Positions 8,167-16,342 of a DNA stretch of 64,000 nt are shown one piece after another. The stretch lies in the IMG/VR virus record IMGVR_UViG_3300048905_000128. The stretch is one strand, 5' to 3'. The position numbers and the translations under genes are program-made. Each line of letters begins with the position of its first letter. Positions within the stretch are counted from its first letter, which is position 1. The notes under the pieces were generated by a model, which searched no databases, was not told the origin of the DNA, and saw only the letters and a program-made list of their open reading frames with translations. Source of the stretch: a virus.

Positions 8167-8685
8167 ATGACTCCTACCCCCACCGAACCCCTCAGCCTCC
8201 GCATCGTCCTCGAAGTCGACGGCCACCCCATCGCAACCAGCATGGCGAACGTCCTCGGCCGCGAAACCGCGAAGCGCCTCGGCGGCACCCTCGCCGGCGT
8301 CGGCCACCTCGGCGACAACCGGCTGTCACTCACCATCGGAACAACCCCACCCGAGAACGGCAGCCTCGCCACCCAGCTCACCAACCTCGATGTCGCCGTG
8401 CACACCGTCCTCGCCGAGACCGGGCTCCGCGACCCCGACAGCATCCGCACCGCCGACCTGCAAGGCATGACCTACCGCGAGGTCACCCGCAGAATCGCCG
8501 AACACACCACACCCGACGTCGTGGGCGTCGAAGAAGCCTGCGAGATCCTCGACGTCAACCGGGCCCGCCTCTACGAGCTCCGCGCCAACGACAAGCGGTT
8601 CCCCGCCGCCTTCCGCCGCGGAGTGTGGATGCGCGCCAGCATGGAGCGCTACGCATCCATCCGCCACCAGCGCGAAGCAGGCTGA
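8167..8685 (+). CDS. DNA-binding protein with C-terminal excisionase/MerR-type HTH (172 aa)
   Basis: Track ORF. The C-terminal segment VVGVEEACEILDVNRARLYELRANDKRFPAAF resembles Xis/AlpA-type HTH. Confidence 0.6.
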   Translation: MTPTPTEPLSLRIVLEVDGHPIATSMANVLGRETAKRLGGTLAGVGHLGDNRLSLTIGTTPPENGSLATQLTNLDVAVHTVLAETGLRDPDSIRTADLQGMTYREVTRRIAEHTTPDVVGVEEACEILDVNRARLYELRANDKRFPAAFRRGVWMRASMERYASIRHQREAG

Positions 8686-8715
8686 CCCCGTATACGTCGA
8701 CCCCTGCCCCGACGC

Positions 8716-8757
8716 GACGGAGCCCCGCCGACCCGAGAGAGTCGACGGGGCTCCGTC
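8716..8757. terminator. hairpin between convergent genes
   Basis: GACGGAGCCCCG (8716-8727) pairs with CGGGGCTCCGTC (8746-8757). Confidence 0.5.
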
Positions 8758-8842
8758 AGCACCTACCCGCCCAGCCCCCTGGACGTGCACCAACGACGCT
8801 ACACGGGCACACCGACAATCCCCGGCCGACAACCCGGACCGA

Positions 8843-9175
8843 TCACAGCACGTCGCCCGGGCCGTGCCAGCGCAACCGGGCCGTCCTGCGCAGGTGGACC
8901 TCGACACCCGACGGGAGCCGCAGCCACGAGCCGCCGCCCGTCGCCAGCGCCGCCCACCGGCCGGCGATCGCCTCAGCATCCGCCCTCGACCAGCCCGGCG
9001 TGCCGATCTCCACCTGGCCGCCCGGGACCTCGACCAGGTACCGGCCCGCCTCGGCGGCGAAGTCCACGGAGGCGAACCCGGCCGTCATCGCCAGCGAGGG
9101 CGAGTAGCCCAGCCCGGACCGGTGCAGCCACCACCGCCACCGGCCGACGCGTGCCGGGCGACGTATACGGCTCAC
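8843..9175 (-). CDS. hypothetical protein (110 aa)
   Basis: GTG 9175 inside ORF 8843..9259, in GTGA overlap with the upstream stop. Last gene of the coupled operon. Confidence 0.5.
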   Translation of the reverse strand: MSRIRRPARVGRWRWWLHRSGLGYSPSLAMTAGFASVDFAAEAGRYLVEVPGGQVEIGTPGWSRADAEAIAGRWAALATGGGSWLRLPSGVEVHLRRTARLRWHGPGDVL

Positions 9176-9459
9176 CGGTGCACCCCCGGACCGGCGAGCA
9201 GGCGGGAGACCACCCGCCACAGCCCGGCCAGCACGCCCAGCAGCAGCCACAACGGCCACACCGCCAGGACCAGCCAGGCCGAGGCAAGCGCCTCACCGTG
9301 CACGTCCTGCGCCGCCTGCCGTTCGTCGAGCCAGCCATCGACGGCGGCCCGACGTCTCGCCACGTGCACGAGCACGGTCCGCCGATAGCAGCGGCGGCCG
9401 ACCACCACGCCGATCGCCACGTAGACGACTACCACGGCCGCCCAGGCGAGCCCGCTCAC
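9172..9459 (-). CDS. membrane protein (95 aa)
   Basis: GTG 9459 (VSGLAWAAVVVVYVAIGVVV...) in GTGA overlap; two or three hydrophobic helices. Confidence 0.55.
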   Translation of the reverse strand: MSGLAWAAVVVVYVAIGVVVGRRCYRRTVLVHVARRRAAVDGWLDERQAAQDVHGEALASAWLVLAVWPLWLLLGVLAGLWRVVSRLLAGPGVHR

Positions 9460-9803
9460 CGGCCCCACCGCCGTGCGAGCTCCTCCGCGCCGTCCCTCGG
9501 GTACAGGGAGGCGCCGGACTCCATCCGCTGCACCAACTGCTTGACCCGCTCCTCGTGGCGGACAGCCGCATCCGGGTCCGCCGCCCCATACAGCACGGTC
9601 CGCAGGATCCGGGTCCGGGCGGGCTCGCCGACCCCCTCGTCCTCCATCACCAGATCGAGGGTGTGCAGCAGCCGCCGCAGCAGCGCCACGTCGTGCGCGA
9701 ACTCGGCGGACGTCCGCGCCGCCTCGTCGGCCTGCGGATACCGGGCGAGGTAGCGGTCGATCACCTCCCGGGCGCGCTCCCGGATCACGACTCCACCGCC
9801 CAT
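9456..9803 (-). CDS. hypothetical protein (115 aa)
   Basis: Track ORF. An alternative GTG 9788 gives a GTGA overlap with the upstream stop. Confidence 0.6.
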   Translation of the reverse strand: MGGGVVIRERAREVIDRYLARYPQADEAARTSAEFAHDVALLRRLLHTLDLVMEDEGVGEPARTRILRTVLYGAADPDAAVRHEERVKQLVQRMESGASLYPRDGAEELARRWGR

Positions 9804-10249
9804 TCCGGCCGGTAGCCGTCCCGATCTCGGTAGCCAGCCGCGATGATCCGCACCGCGTCCGCAGCTGCGTCTCGACGGCCTTGCGCCACATCACGATCCG
9901 GCCCTACCAGGGTCCTCATGTGCAGCCACGCCTCCGCCCGTTCGTACAGTGCGAGCAGGGCGCGAGCCGCGGCCACCTGAGCGAGGACCGCGGCCGGGTC
10001 GTGGCGAGCGATGTGCTCCGCCTGGTCTCCACTGTGGCCGCCCTCGTCGTAGAGCTGAATGTCGCCGCCGACCACGCAGCACTCACCGTGTCCGGGCGGC
10101 AGATCGTTGTCGTCGAAGTCGACGTGCCCGCACTCGCGAGTCCACACACCGGCCTCTGGCCGGTCCGCCCCCGCACCGGCGGCGCGGGCCACGCGCTCGT
10201 CGTCGTCGAGCTGCGCATACAGCCACACCAGGCAGTTCACGACGCTCAC
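9785..10249 (-). CDS. DUF6221-like protein (154 aa)
   Basis: GTG 10249 in GTGA overlap. The motif AEHIARHDPAAVLAQVAAARALLALYE is recalled from DUF6221 phage proteins. Confidence 0.6.
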   Translation of the reverse strand: MSVVNCLVWLYAQLDDDERVARAAGAGADRPEAGVWTRECGHVDFDDNDLPPGHGECCVVGGDIQLYDEGGHSGDQAEHIARHDPAAVLAQVAAARALLALYERAEAWLHMRTLVGPDRDVAQGRRDAAADAVRIIAAGYRDRDGYRPEWAVES

Positions 10250-10443
10250 CGCGACCACCACCGCAGCCGCCGCGGCACGAACGCCGTCCACTCGTTACGC
10301 GACCACCGAGCCACCCGCCCGTCGACCAGGTAGAGCGACCAGCGGATTCCGCACTCGCACTGCCACACCATGCCCGTCGCCATGGGCTGGTCCCCGGTGT
10401 CCGGCTCGCAGTCGTGGCCCGGCTTGATGATCTGTCCGCTCAC
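10246..10443 (-). CDS. hypothetical protein (65 aa)
   Basis: GTG 10443 in GTGA overlap with the upstream stop; sequence VSGQIIKPGHDCEPDTGDQPMATGMVWQCECGIRW... Confidence 0.5.
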   Translation of the reverse strand: MSGQIIKPGHDCEPDTGDQPMATGMVWQCECGIRWSLYLVDGRVARWSRNEWTAFVPRRLRWWSR

Positions 10444-10823
10444 CGGCGCCGCCCATCCAACCGCGGAAGCGCAGGCCCGGTGCTCCGCCTGCGTTTCGCC
10501 CACAGCGCCCGCTCGAGCGGATCGTCGGGGATCGGATCGGCTTCGGGGAGCACGCCGGCCTCGGCGAGCTGCGCGCCGATCTCCCGCATCGTCGCCGCGG
10601 CCTGCTCCAACGGCGGGGCGACCATCTCGAAGATCGCGCGGGCCACCTCGTGCAGGTGGGCGACACAGCGCTCTAACGCGGCGCGGAGCTCGTCGTTCAC
10701 CGCCTCCGTAGCCTCCCGATGCGACACATCGTGCTCGCGGGCGTAGGCGTATACGGCGGCCTCGTACTGCAGGGCGAACCACGCCTTCCCGTTCCGGCGC
10801 GCCCACTCCAGCGGGGTCACCAC
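10440..10823 (-). CDS. hypothetical protein (127 aa)
   Basis: Track ORF whose start overlaps the upstream stop; helical, non-repetitive. Confidence 0.6.
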   Translation of the reverse strand: MVTPLEWARRNGKAWFALQYEAAVYAYAREHDVSHREATEAVNDELRAALERCVAHLHEVARAIFEMVAPPLEQAAATMREIGAQLAEAGVLPEADPIPDDPLERALWAKRRRSTGPALPRLDGRRR

Positions 10824-11284
10824 CGTTCCCCCAGCACCGGCAGGACGGTGGCCTCGACGATGCAGGCGAGCATGATCGGCCGCCGAGGGACCACACCGAA
10901 GAGCCCGGGGCCGGGCCGGAACATGCCGGGCAGATCGGCGCGCGGGATCCGGTGCCAGCCCTCGAACAGCTCGGCGATCGGCGCCGTCGACGACACCAGC
11001 CGATCCCGAACCTTCCCCAAGTCGTACGACATGGCGTGCGGGTCACCCCACCACGACACCACCCGGTCCACCTCGAGATGTGTGCGGGCCAGGTGGTCGC
11101 AGCGGTGGTGGCCGTCCTCCTCCGCGCGGTCGAGCACGTCGAGATGTCCCCGCCACAGCGTCTCGGCAGGCACGGCCGCCAGGCAGCGGATCACCTTCCG
11201 GGACCGCCACGTCGCGGTGATGTGCTCGACGATCGCGGCCTGCCGGGCGTCCACCCGGTCGACAGTCAGGGTCTCGATCTTCAC
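10817..11284 (-). CDS. hypothetical protein (155 aa)
   Basis: Track ORF with a GTGA overlap to the upstream gene. Confidence 0.65.
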   Translation of the reverse strand: MKIETLTVDRVDARQAAIVEHITATWRSRKVIRCLAAVPAETLWRGHLDVLDRAEEDGHHRCDHLARTHLEVDRVVSWWGDPHAMSYDLGKVRDRLVSSTAPIAELFEGWHRIPRADLPGMFRPGPGLFGVVPRRPIMLACIVEATVLPVLGERW

Positions 11285-11505
11285 GTGCCCTCCGGGGGGA
11301 GCGGGGAGTGGTCGAAGTGGTGCGGGTCGTACGGGTGCCGGAACGTCGGGGCAGGCCCGCCGGTCGTCTGACCGGCCACGCGGTCCGTATACGCGGCGAG
11401 CAGGGTTGCGATGTCGCGCGACAGGCCGGTGACCCCGATCGCGTGGAGCCTGGGCACGGCCTCACGGAGCCGGACCAGGGCGCCGGGCAGCTCGGCGGCG
11501 CTCAC
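11281..11505 (-). CDS. hypothetical protein (74 aa)
   Basis: Track ORF with a GTGA overlap to the RHH gene. Confidence 0.55.
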   Translation of the reverse strand: MSAAELPGALVRLREAVPRLHAIGVTGLSRDIATLLAAYTDRVAGQTTGGPAPTFRHPYDPHHFDHSPLPPEGT

Positions 11506-11681
11506 CGGGCGGCCCGACGTCTACGGGCGCGCTCGGCGAGGGCCTCCGACAGGAGGATGCGCAGCATCGCCGACAGGTTCCCGCCGGTCTCGCCGCGGGC
11601 CTCCTCCCGTATACGGGCCTTCGCGTCCGGGTATACGCGCGTGCACATGACCTCGCGGGGCGGCCTCGTCTGGTCGCTCAC
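11502..11681 (-). CDS. ribbon-helix-helix (CopG-like) protein (59 aa)
   Basis: Hand-translated, because it falls below the 60-aa track cutoff: VSDQTRPPREVMCTRVYPDAKARIREEARGETGGNLSAMLRILLSEALAERARRRRAAR. GTGA overlaps at both ends; strand-helix-helix pattern. Confidence 0.55.
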   Translation of the reverse strand: MSDQTRPPREVMCTRVYPDAKARIREEARGETGGNLSAMLRILLSEALAERARRRRAAR

Positions 11682-12136
11682 CGGGCGCCACCTGCCCGTA
11701 TACGCGACTGGTCGCGGGCCGACCGGCGCTGCTCCGGTGTCGCGGGGAGGACGTCGAGCCGGTCATAGCCGACCCCGGGGGCGGGCACCGGGATGACGGG
11801 CGGCCAGCAGACACCGTCGGGGCCGGGAGTCTCGGCGGCCGCCACCGCCATCCGGGGCAGCCGCGAGGAGACGTCGACGAACACGACGACCGCCTCCACC
11901 TGGCGGTGCTCGATCAGCGGGATCGGGGAGCCCGGGATCTGCTCGGTGCGGCCACCGCCGCGGCCCCACGCGGCGGCGACGTCACGGGCGGGCCGGATCC
12001 CCTGGTGCAGCAGCACATGCTCCCCCCACCTCGGGCGCAGCTGCTCGACGGTGCGGGCCGCGGTGCGGGCGTCGGGCCACTCGGTGCCGGTGACCACGAG
12101 CAGCTGCCGGGGCCGCTTCGCGGGGCGGCGGGTCAC
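11678..12136 (-). CDS. hypothetical protein (152 aa)
   Basis: GTG 12136 (VTRRPAKRPRQLLVVTGTEWPD...) in GTGA overlap. Confidence 0.6.
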   Translation of the reverse strand: MTRRPAKRPRQLLVVTGTEWPDARTAARTVEQLRPRWGEHVLLHQGIRPARDVAAAWGRGGGRTEQIPGSPIPLIEHRQVEAVVVFVDVSSRLPRMAVAAAETPGPDGVCWPPVIPVPAPGVGYDRLDVLPATPEQRRSARDQSRIRAGGAR

Positions 12137-12405
12137 AGCAGCCCCGCATGGCGGCGGGCGGCGACACGCTCCCGCAGGGCCCGGTTCTCCGCCTCGACGG
12201 CGCCCAGGCGGGCGCGGAGCTGGTCGAGCTGCTCGACGAGGGCCACGACGCCCGGGGTGTGCCCGTACCAGACGGTTGCGGCGGCCTCGGCGTCGTCGAG
12301 GCGGGGGCCGACCGCGTGGAGCACGTGCACCGTCCCGTCGGGGAACCGCTGCACAGCGGCCCCGAGGTCGGGGATCCACCCGAGGTCGGGGAGCTGGGCG
12401 GTCAC
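12133..12405 (-). CDS. hypothetical protein (90 aa), C-terminal coiled coil
   Basis: GTG 12405 (VTAQLPDLGWIPDL...) in GTGA overlap. Confidence 0.55.
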   Translation of the reverse strand: MTAQLPDLGWIPDLGAAVQRFPDGTVHVLHAVGPRLDDAEAAATVWYGHTPGVVALVEQLDQLRARLGAVEAENRALRERVAARRHAGLL

Positions 12406-12854
12406 GGGGTGGGGGTGATCGCGGAGGAGACGATGCGCTGGGCGGCGGTGCCCTGTGCGACGGTGCGCCGCTCGGCGGCCAGGGCCTCCCGGATCCGGTC
12501 GAGGGGGATCACGGTCGACTCGGCGTTGCGGTCCTCGAGCGCGTGACGGCCGGGCGCCGGGCGGGCCGGGACGGGGTGGAGCTGGGCGCTGTGAGAGAGC
12601 ACCGGGGCGGGCGGGGGCGGGGGCGGGCTGGTCGGCCGGGCGGGGGGCTGCGTCGCGGTCGACCGGCCTGCGACCGAAGGCCAGTCGAACTCCGCGGCGG
12701 TGATGGGCGGGCCCCAGGAGCGGGTCGGCTCCGGTTCGGGCTGGTCGAGGCCGAAGTCCCGCCACATGCGCTCGCGCTGCACGAGCCGGACGGTCAGGCC
12801 GGCGACGAGGCCGACCAGCAGGATCAGGGCGATCTCGACAGTGGTTTCGATCAT
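12402..12854 (-). CDS. membrane-anchored Pro-rich protein (150 aa)
   Basis: ATG 12854 (MIETTVEIALILLVGLVAGL...) with an N-terminal transmembrane helix. Confidence 0.6.
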   Translation of the reverse strand: MIETTVEIALILLVGLVAGLTVRLVQRERMWRDFGLDQPEPEPTRSWGPPITAAEFDWPSVAGRSTATQPPARPTSPPPPPPAPVLSHSAQLHPVPARPAPGRHALEDRNAESTVIPLDRIREALAAERRTVAQGTAAQRIVSSAITPTP

Positions 12855-12917
12855 CGGGGGTAGCACCCTTTCCGGGCGATGAAGTGCAGCGCGGCGGGGT
12901 TGTCCGCGCTGGTCGTG

Positions 12918-13220
12918 CTATCCGGCCGCGTCTCTGCGGCCCTTTCGGGTGCCGGCCTGCCCGCACCCGGGTTTGCGGGGGTCACTGCCGGGGATCCACC
13001 AGCAGCGGCAACGCCAGTTGTCGTAGCCGCCGATGGTGCCGTGCGGGCACTCTCGGTCGGTCTGCACCATCCGGCCGTCCGGCCCTCTGACGAGGGTGGT
13101 GTTCTTCGCGTCCCGCTCCTTCTGGCGCAGGTCCGCGAAGTGTGCTCGGCATCGGTAGTCCGGGCAGCCTTTGCGGGGATGCTTGAGGTGGTCGTGCGGC
13201 GGGATCGGCCGCCCGTTCAC
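12918..13220 (-). CDS. Cys/His-rich protein (99 aa)
   Basis: The only in-frame start after the SD region is GTG 13220 (VNGRPIPPHDHLKHPRKGCPDYRCRAHF...CPHGTIGGYDNWRCRCW). It is coupled by GTGA to a 21-codon uORF. Confidence 0.5.
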   Translation of the reverse strand: MNGRPIPPHDHLKHPRKGCPDYRCRAHFADLRQKERDAKNTTLVRGPDGRMVQTDRECPHGTIGGYDNWRCRCWWIPGSDPRKPGCGQAGTRKGRRDAAG

Positions 13221-13282
13221 GACAGCGAACGGGCGTTGTTCTCGCGTGGCGGGGCGCTGGCTGTTCGGGCTGGTCGTCTCAT
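13217..13282 (-). other. 21-codon upstream ORF (MRRPARTASAPPRENNARSLS)
   Basis: CCCCTACCCCCGGAG plus 9 nt precede ATG 13282. The stop TGA overlaps GTG 13220 of the main ORF. Confidence 0.35.
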
Positions 13283-13379
13283 GACGGTGGACTCCGGGGG
13301 TAGGGGTCGCAGGGTGCGTCCCGGGCGGGCTCTTTGGGGCGAAGAGCCTGTCCGGTACCCACACGATACCGCCGATTAT

Positions 13380-13685
13380 CTATCGGGACACTCCGGCCGG
13401 GTGGCGGCGTGTCGAGCACACCCGCCCCGGCACCGCCCGACGCCGCCCCCGGCTACACCACGCCCCGACCGGCGCACCGCACCCGCCGTCCTCCGACCGG
13501 CACGGCTGCACCAGCGGGTTCGGCCGCCACCCGCGCTCAGCCCGGACAGCCGCCACCAGCTCGGCGACCCGCGACGGGTCGGCCGGGTGCTCGCACGGGC
13601 CCGGATCGCGGAGATCCTCGCGGTACTCCTCGACGTCCGGGACGTGCGACAGCCCGAGGTCTGTCGGGTCCCGCTCCACGTCCAT
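13380..13685 (-). CDS. hypothetical Cys-containing protein (101 aa)
   Basis: Internal ATG 13685 (MDVERDPTDLGLSHVPDVEEYRE...). A degenerate promoter-repeat-like sequence lies upstream (13690-13745). Confidence 0.5.
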   Translation of the reverse strand: MDVERDPTDLGLSHVPDVEEYREDLRDPGPCEHPADPSRVAELVAAVRAERGWRPNPLVQPCRSEDGGCGAPVGAWCSRGRRRAVPGRVCSTRRHPAGVSR

Positions 13686-13701
13686 AGCCAGAGCATACGG
13701 G

Positions 13702-14886
13702 TTACACCACCAACGCCGCATCAGTTTCCGGGGTCGATAAACCCGGCTGCCCGTCCGGGATGAACTCCCGTGTCCGCCCCAGCCCCCGCCGCCTCGGCGC
13801 AGGCTTCGGCGCCGACTTGCGCGGCTGGTAGATCCGCCGCGCAGCCGCACGACCGGCCTCCGCGATCGGGGCGGGCTCCGTCTCGGCAGCGCGCCGGGCC
13901 TCCTCGGCCGCCTCCTCGGCGGCCGCCAGCTCAGCCACGACGACCCGATGCGGAGTCGTGTGGTCGCACGGCGTCCGCGGCGACAACAGGACCCCGGGAT
14001 GCCCAGGCTGGCACCGGTCGCCCACCGGGTTGCACATCTCGCACGCCGCCAGGACGGCCGCCGTTTCGCGGGTCTCAACGGCGACCGGGTCCGGGGCCGC
14101 CTCGTGGCGGACCCGCTGCTGCCGGTTGTGGTTCTTGACCCGCTGGCACTTCCAGCAGCCCGGCACGTCGAACTCGGGATCGGCCCGGATCGCCGCGAGG
14201 TGCTCGGCGCACGCCCACTCCGACTCGGGGTCCGTCCACTTCGACTTCGGCAGGGGTGGGGGGGCGTCCGGGACCGGCCCCGTCTCGGGCTGGCCGTCGA
14301 CGGTCTCAGCTGCCCCCCCGGTCCCCCTGATGGTTCCTAAATGGTTCAAGGGGTCCCGCTCCGGGACCCCTGCTACGTCCCGCTCCGGGACGGGGGTAGT
14401 CCCGGAGCGGGACCTTGCCGACACATGGTCCCGCTCCGGGACTATGTCGTCGACCTGGGGATCATCGTCGCATGGTCCCGCTGCGGGACTATGTTCGCCA
14501 CCTGGGGTTTCTTCGGCGTCTAGGGCGTCGTCGGTCGGGGTCGGGTCGTCCTCGAACAGGGCTTCGAGCTCGTCCATCTCCTCCTTCGAGACGACTCGCT
14601 TCCGCGCCTTGAGGGCCTCGATGTTGAGTCGGTAGGCGTTCGAGCGCCGCGACCCGTTCCGGCGACGGCGGGCCCGACGCTCGATCAGGCCGTCCTCGTT
14701 CTCCAGCTCCTTGAGGAGCCGGAACACAGTCGATCGCGGGATGCCCGACGACCCCATCAGGTGCTCAATGCCGGGCTTGCACAGCCCGACGACGTTCGCG
14801 TTGTTGGCGATGGCGATCAGCAGCATCCGCTTGTTGACCGGGCCGACGTCGGACTCGAGGACAGCGTTCAGGGCCGGGATGCTCAC
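13702..14886 (-). CDS. winged-helix DNA-binding protein, candidate replication initiator (394 aa)
   Basis: GTG 14886 (VSIPALNAVLESDVGPVNKRMLLIAIANNANVVGLCKPGIEHLMGSSGIPRSTVFRLLKELENEDGLIERR) is a wHTH. Five palindromic iterons lie inside the gene. It is coupled to a 22-codon uORF. Confidence 0.7.
   Translation of the reverse strand: MSIPALNAVLESDVGPVNKRMLLIAIANNANVVGLCKPGIEHLMGSSGIPRSTVFRLLKELENEDGLIERRARRRRNGSRRSNAYRLNIEALKARKRVVSKEEMDELEALFEDDPTPTDDALDAEETPGGEHSPAAGPCDDDPQVDDIVPERDHVSARSRSGTTPVPERDVAGVPERDPLNHLGTIRGTGGAAETVDGQPETGPVPDAPPPLPKSKWTDPESEWACAEHLAAIRADPEFDVPGCWKCQRVKNHNRQQRVRHEAAPDPVAVETRETAAVLAACEMCNPVGDRCQPGHPGVLLSPRTPCDHTTPHRVVVAELAAAEEAAEEARRAAETEPAPIAEAGRAAARRIYQPRKSAPKPAPRRRGLGRTREFIPDGQPGLSTPETDAALVV
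14353..14489. repeat. five copies of the 15-bp palindrome GTCCCG-N3-CGGGAC (iteron-like)
   Basis: Copies at 14353-14367, 14377-14391, 14399-14413, 14428-14442 and 14475-14489. Confidence 0.8.
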
Positions 14887-14951
14887 CAGACGACCCCCGC
14901 CCTCTTGAGCGCGGCCATCGAGCCGGGCGGTGGTTCGTGGGCAGGCGTCAT
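14883..14951 (-). other. 22-codon upstream ORF (MTPAHEPPPGSMAALKRAGVVW)
   Basis: CCCCTACCCCAGGGAGG plus 9 nt precede ATG 14951. The stop TGA overlaps GTG 14886 of the rep-like gene. Confidence 0.35.
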
Positions 14952-15027
14952 CGCGACGCACCTCCCTGGGGTAGGGGTCGATCGAGCGCGGTGGGGTTGA
15001 CCGGCTCGGGGGTAGGTGGGGTGAACA

Positions 15028-15711
15028 CTAAGCCGCCCCCCGCTGGTGGGAAAGCCGGGCCGGGGCCGGTGCGGGTTCCGCGACGTCCGGGGCGGTGGCG
15101 AGGAGGATCTCGACGACGGCGATCGGGCAGCCGAGACGTTGGGCGATCCGCGACGTGTGCATCCACTGGGCGCGCAGTGTCCGGACGGGGATCCACCAGT
15201 GTTCGGCGGGCAGGTCGGTGATCGGGGCGAGCCCGGCGGCGACACGGGCCACCAGGGTGCCGTCCACGCCCGCGAGGATCGAGCCGTGGCGTACGGCCGG
15301 GTTGTCGATGTCGTGGCCGTACCAGTCCTGCCGGGACGCCCAGCGGTGCGCCTGGGCGGCGAGCCGGGCGTGCGGGGATGGGCCGGGGCAAGACTCGAGG
15401 TCGATGAACAGGACGGTGATCTTCTCGGCGAGCGCCACGGTGACGGTGCGGGCCCCGCCGTCGCGGATCTTCGAGATGAGCCGCGGGGACTCGTCGAGCG
15501 CTTCGGCGATGTCGGGGACGGGCCAGCCTTCGGCGGCGAGGGCGCGCAGGCGGCGAACGGTTCCGCGGGCGTCGGTGCGCGGCACCTTTTTACTGTCGGG
15601 AGGGTTCTTCTTTCGGGTCGGCGGTGTGAATGTGTTGGGCGGCCGGGATGCGATTTCTTCGGTTGACTGTGCAACCAACGCCGGCGACGGTGAGTGATTG
15701 ACGCAGGTCAT
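15028..15711 (-). CDS. DNA-binding protein with two HTH-like segments; start uncertain
   Basis: Track ORF 15028..15828. GC3 becomes high only after about 15585 (GTG, VPRTDARGTVRRL...). HTH-like segments are WPVPDIAEALDESPRLISKIRDG and WMHTSRIAQRLGCPIAVVEILL. Confidence 0.55.
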   Translation of the reverse strand: MTCVNHSPSPALVAQSTEEIASRPPNTFTPPTRKKNPPDSKKVPRTDARGTVRRLRALAAEGWPVPDIAEALDESPRLISKIRDGGARTVTVALAEKITVLFIDLESCPGPSPHARLAAQAHRWASRQDWYGHDIDNPAVRHGSILAGVDGTLVARVAAGLAPITDLPAEHWWIPVRTLRAQWMHTSRIAQRLGCPIAVVEILLATAPDVAEPAPAPARLSHQRGAA

Positions 15712-15736
15712 GGGCGTAACCGTCGTGGCCGCTGCG

Positions 15737-15844
15737 TCACTTGTCGCAAAGATCGCAGCCGGGTGGATGAAGGCGACAGACGCTTGGGGACGTGTCATCA
15801 TGCGTGCTGCACCCGACTTGTGGTGCATGCCGCCAGATCGCCAT
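15737..15844 (-). CDS. possible 35-aa Cys-rich miniprotein
   Basis: CCCCTACCCCTAGGAGctgcgATG is a well-formed start (ATG 15844). Product: MAIWRHAPQVGCSTHDDTSPSVCRLHPPGCDLCDK. GC3 is only moderate. Confidence 0.35.
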   Translation of the reverse strand: MAIWRHAPQVGCSTHDDTSPSVCRLHPPGCDLCDK

Positions 15845-16039
15845 CGCAGCTCCTAGGGGTAGGGGTCGATGCGAGGCGGGCGGCATCGGCGAGCCGGTGC
15901 GGAGAGGGCCCCTCCGCGCCGGCTCGCCCCATGTCACCAGCCAGGCAGCTACCGGTCGGTACGGATACGGGTCTCGCGGAGCCGTCCGTCCGCCGTGTCA
16001 GTCGCGCCCCTACGTCCTCGCGCGCCGTTCCCCGACTCT

Positions 16040-16068
16040 GCCGCCCCGCTGGGGTCATGCGGGGCGGC
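16040..16068. terminator. GC hairpin
   Basis: GCCGCCCCGC and GCGGGGCGGC form a 10-bp perfect stem. Confidence 0.45.
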
Positions 16069-16342
16069 ACGCCAGAGGCGGAGGTTCTCAGCCGCGCCAC
16101 GCCGTGAGTAGCGTCCGTCACACCCTTGTGTGGAGTGCGGCGGACGGGGGTACCACCCCGGAGTCCGCAGATTTCGACCTCAAACATTTGAATCATCCCG
16201 CATCCGTTCGGCGTTACCGTCGTTGCGGAATCAGGACCTATGGCGTGCGCCATATACAGATTCACCGCACAACGGAATTTGAAGGGCAAATACGGCATCT
16301 CGGCCGCACTTGTGTTGTTGCTTACGCAAACAACGTGGCGGA

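Noticed and set aside
14887-14961. N-terminal extension of the rep-like ORF to GTG 14961.
   Set aside because: That GTG abuts the SD with no spacing, and the SD-proximal ATG 14951 is in another frame (the uORF). The conserved wHTH begins right after GTG 14886.
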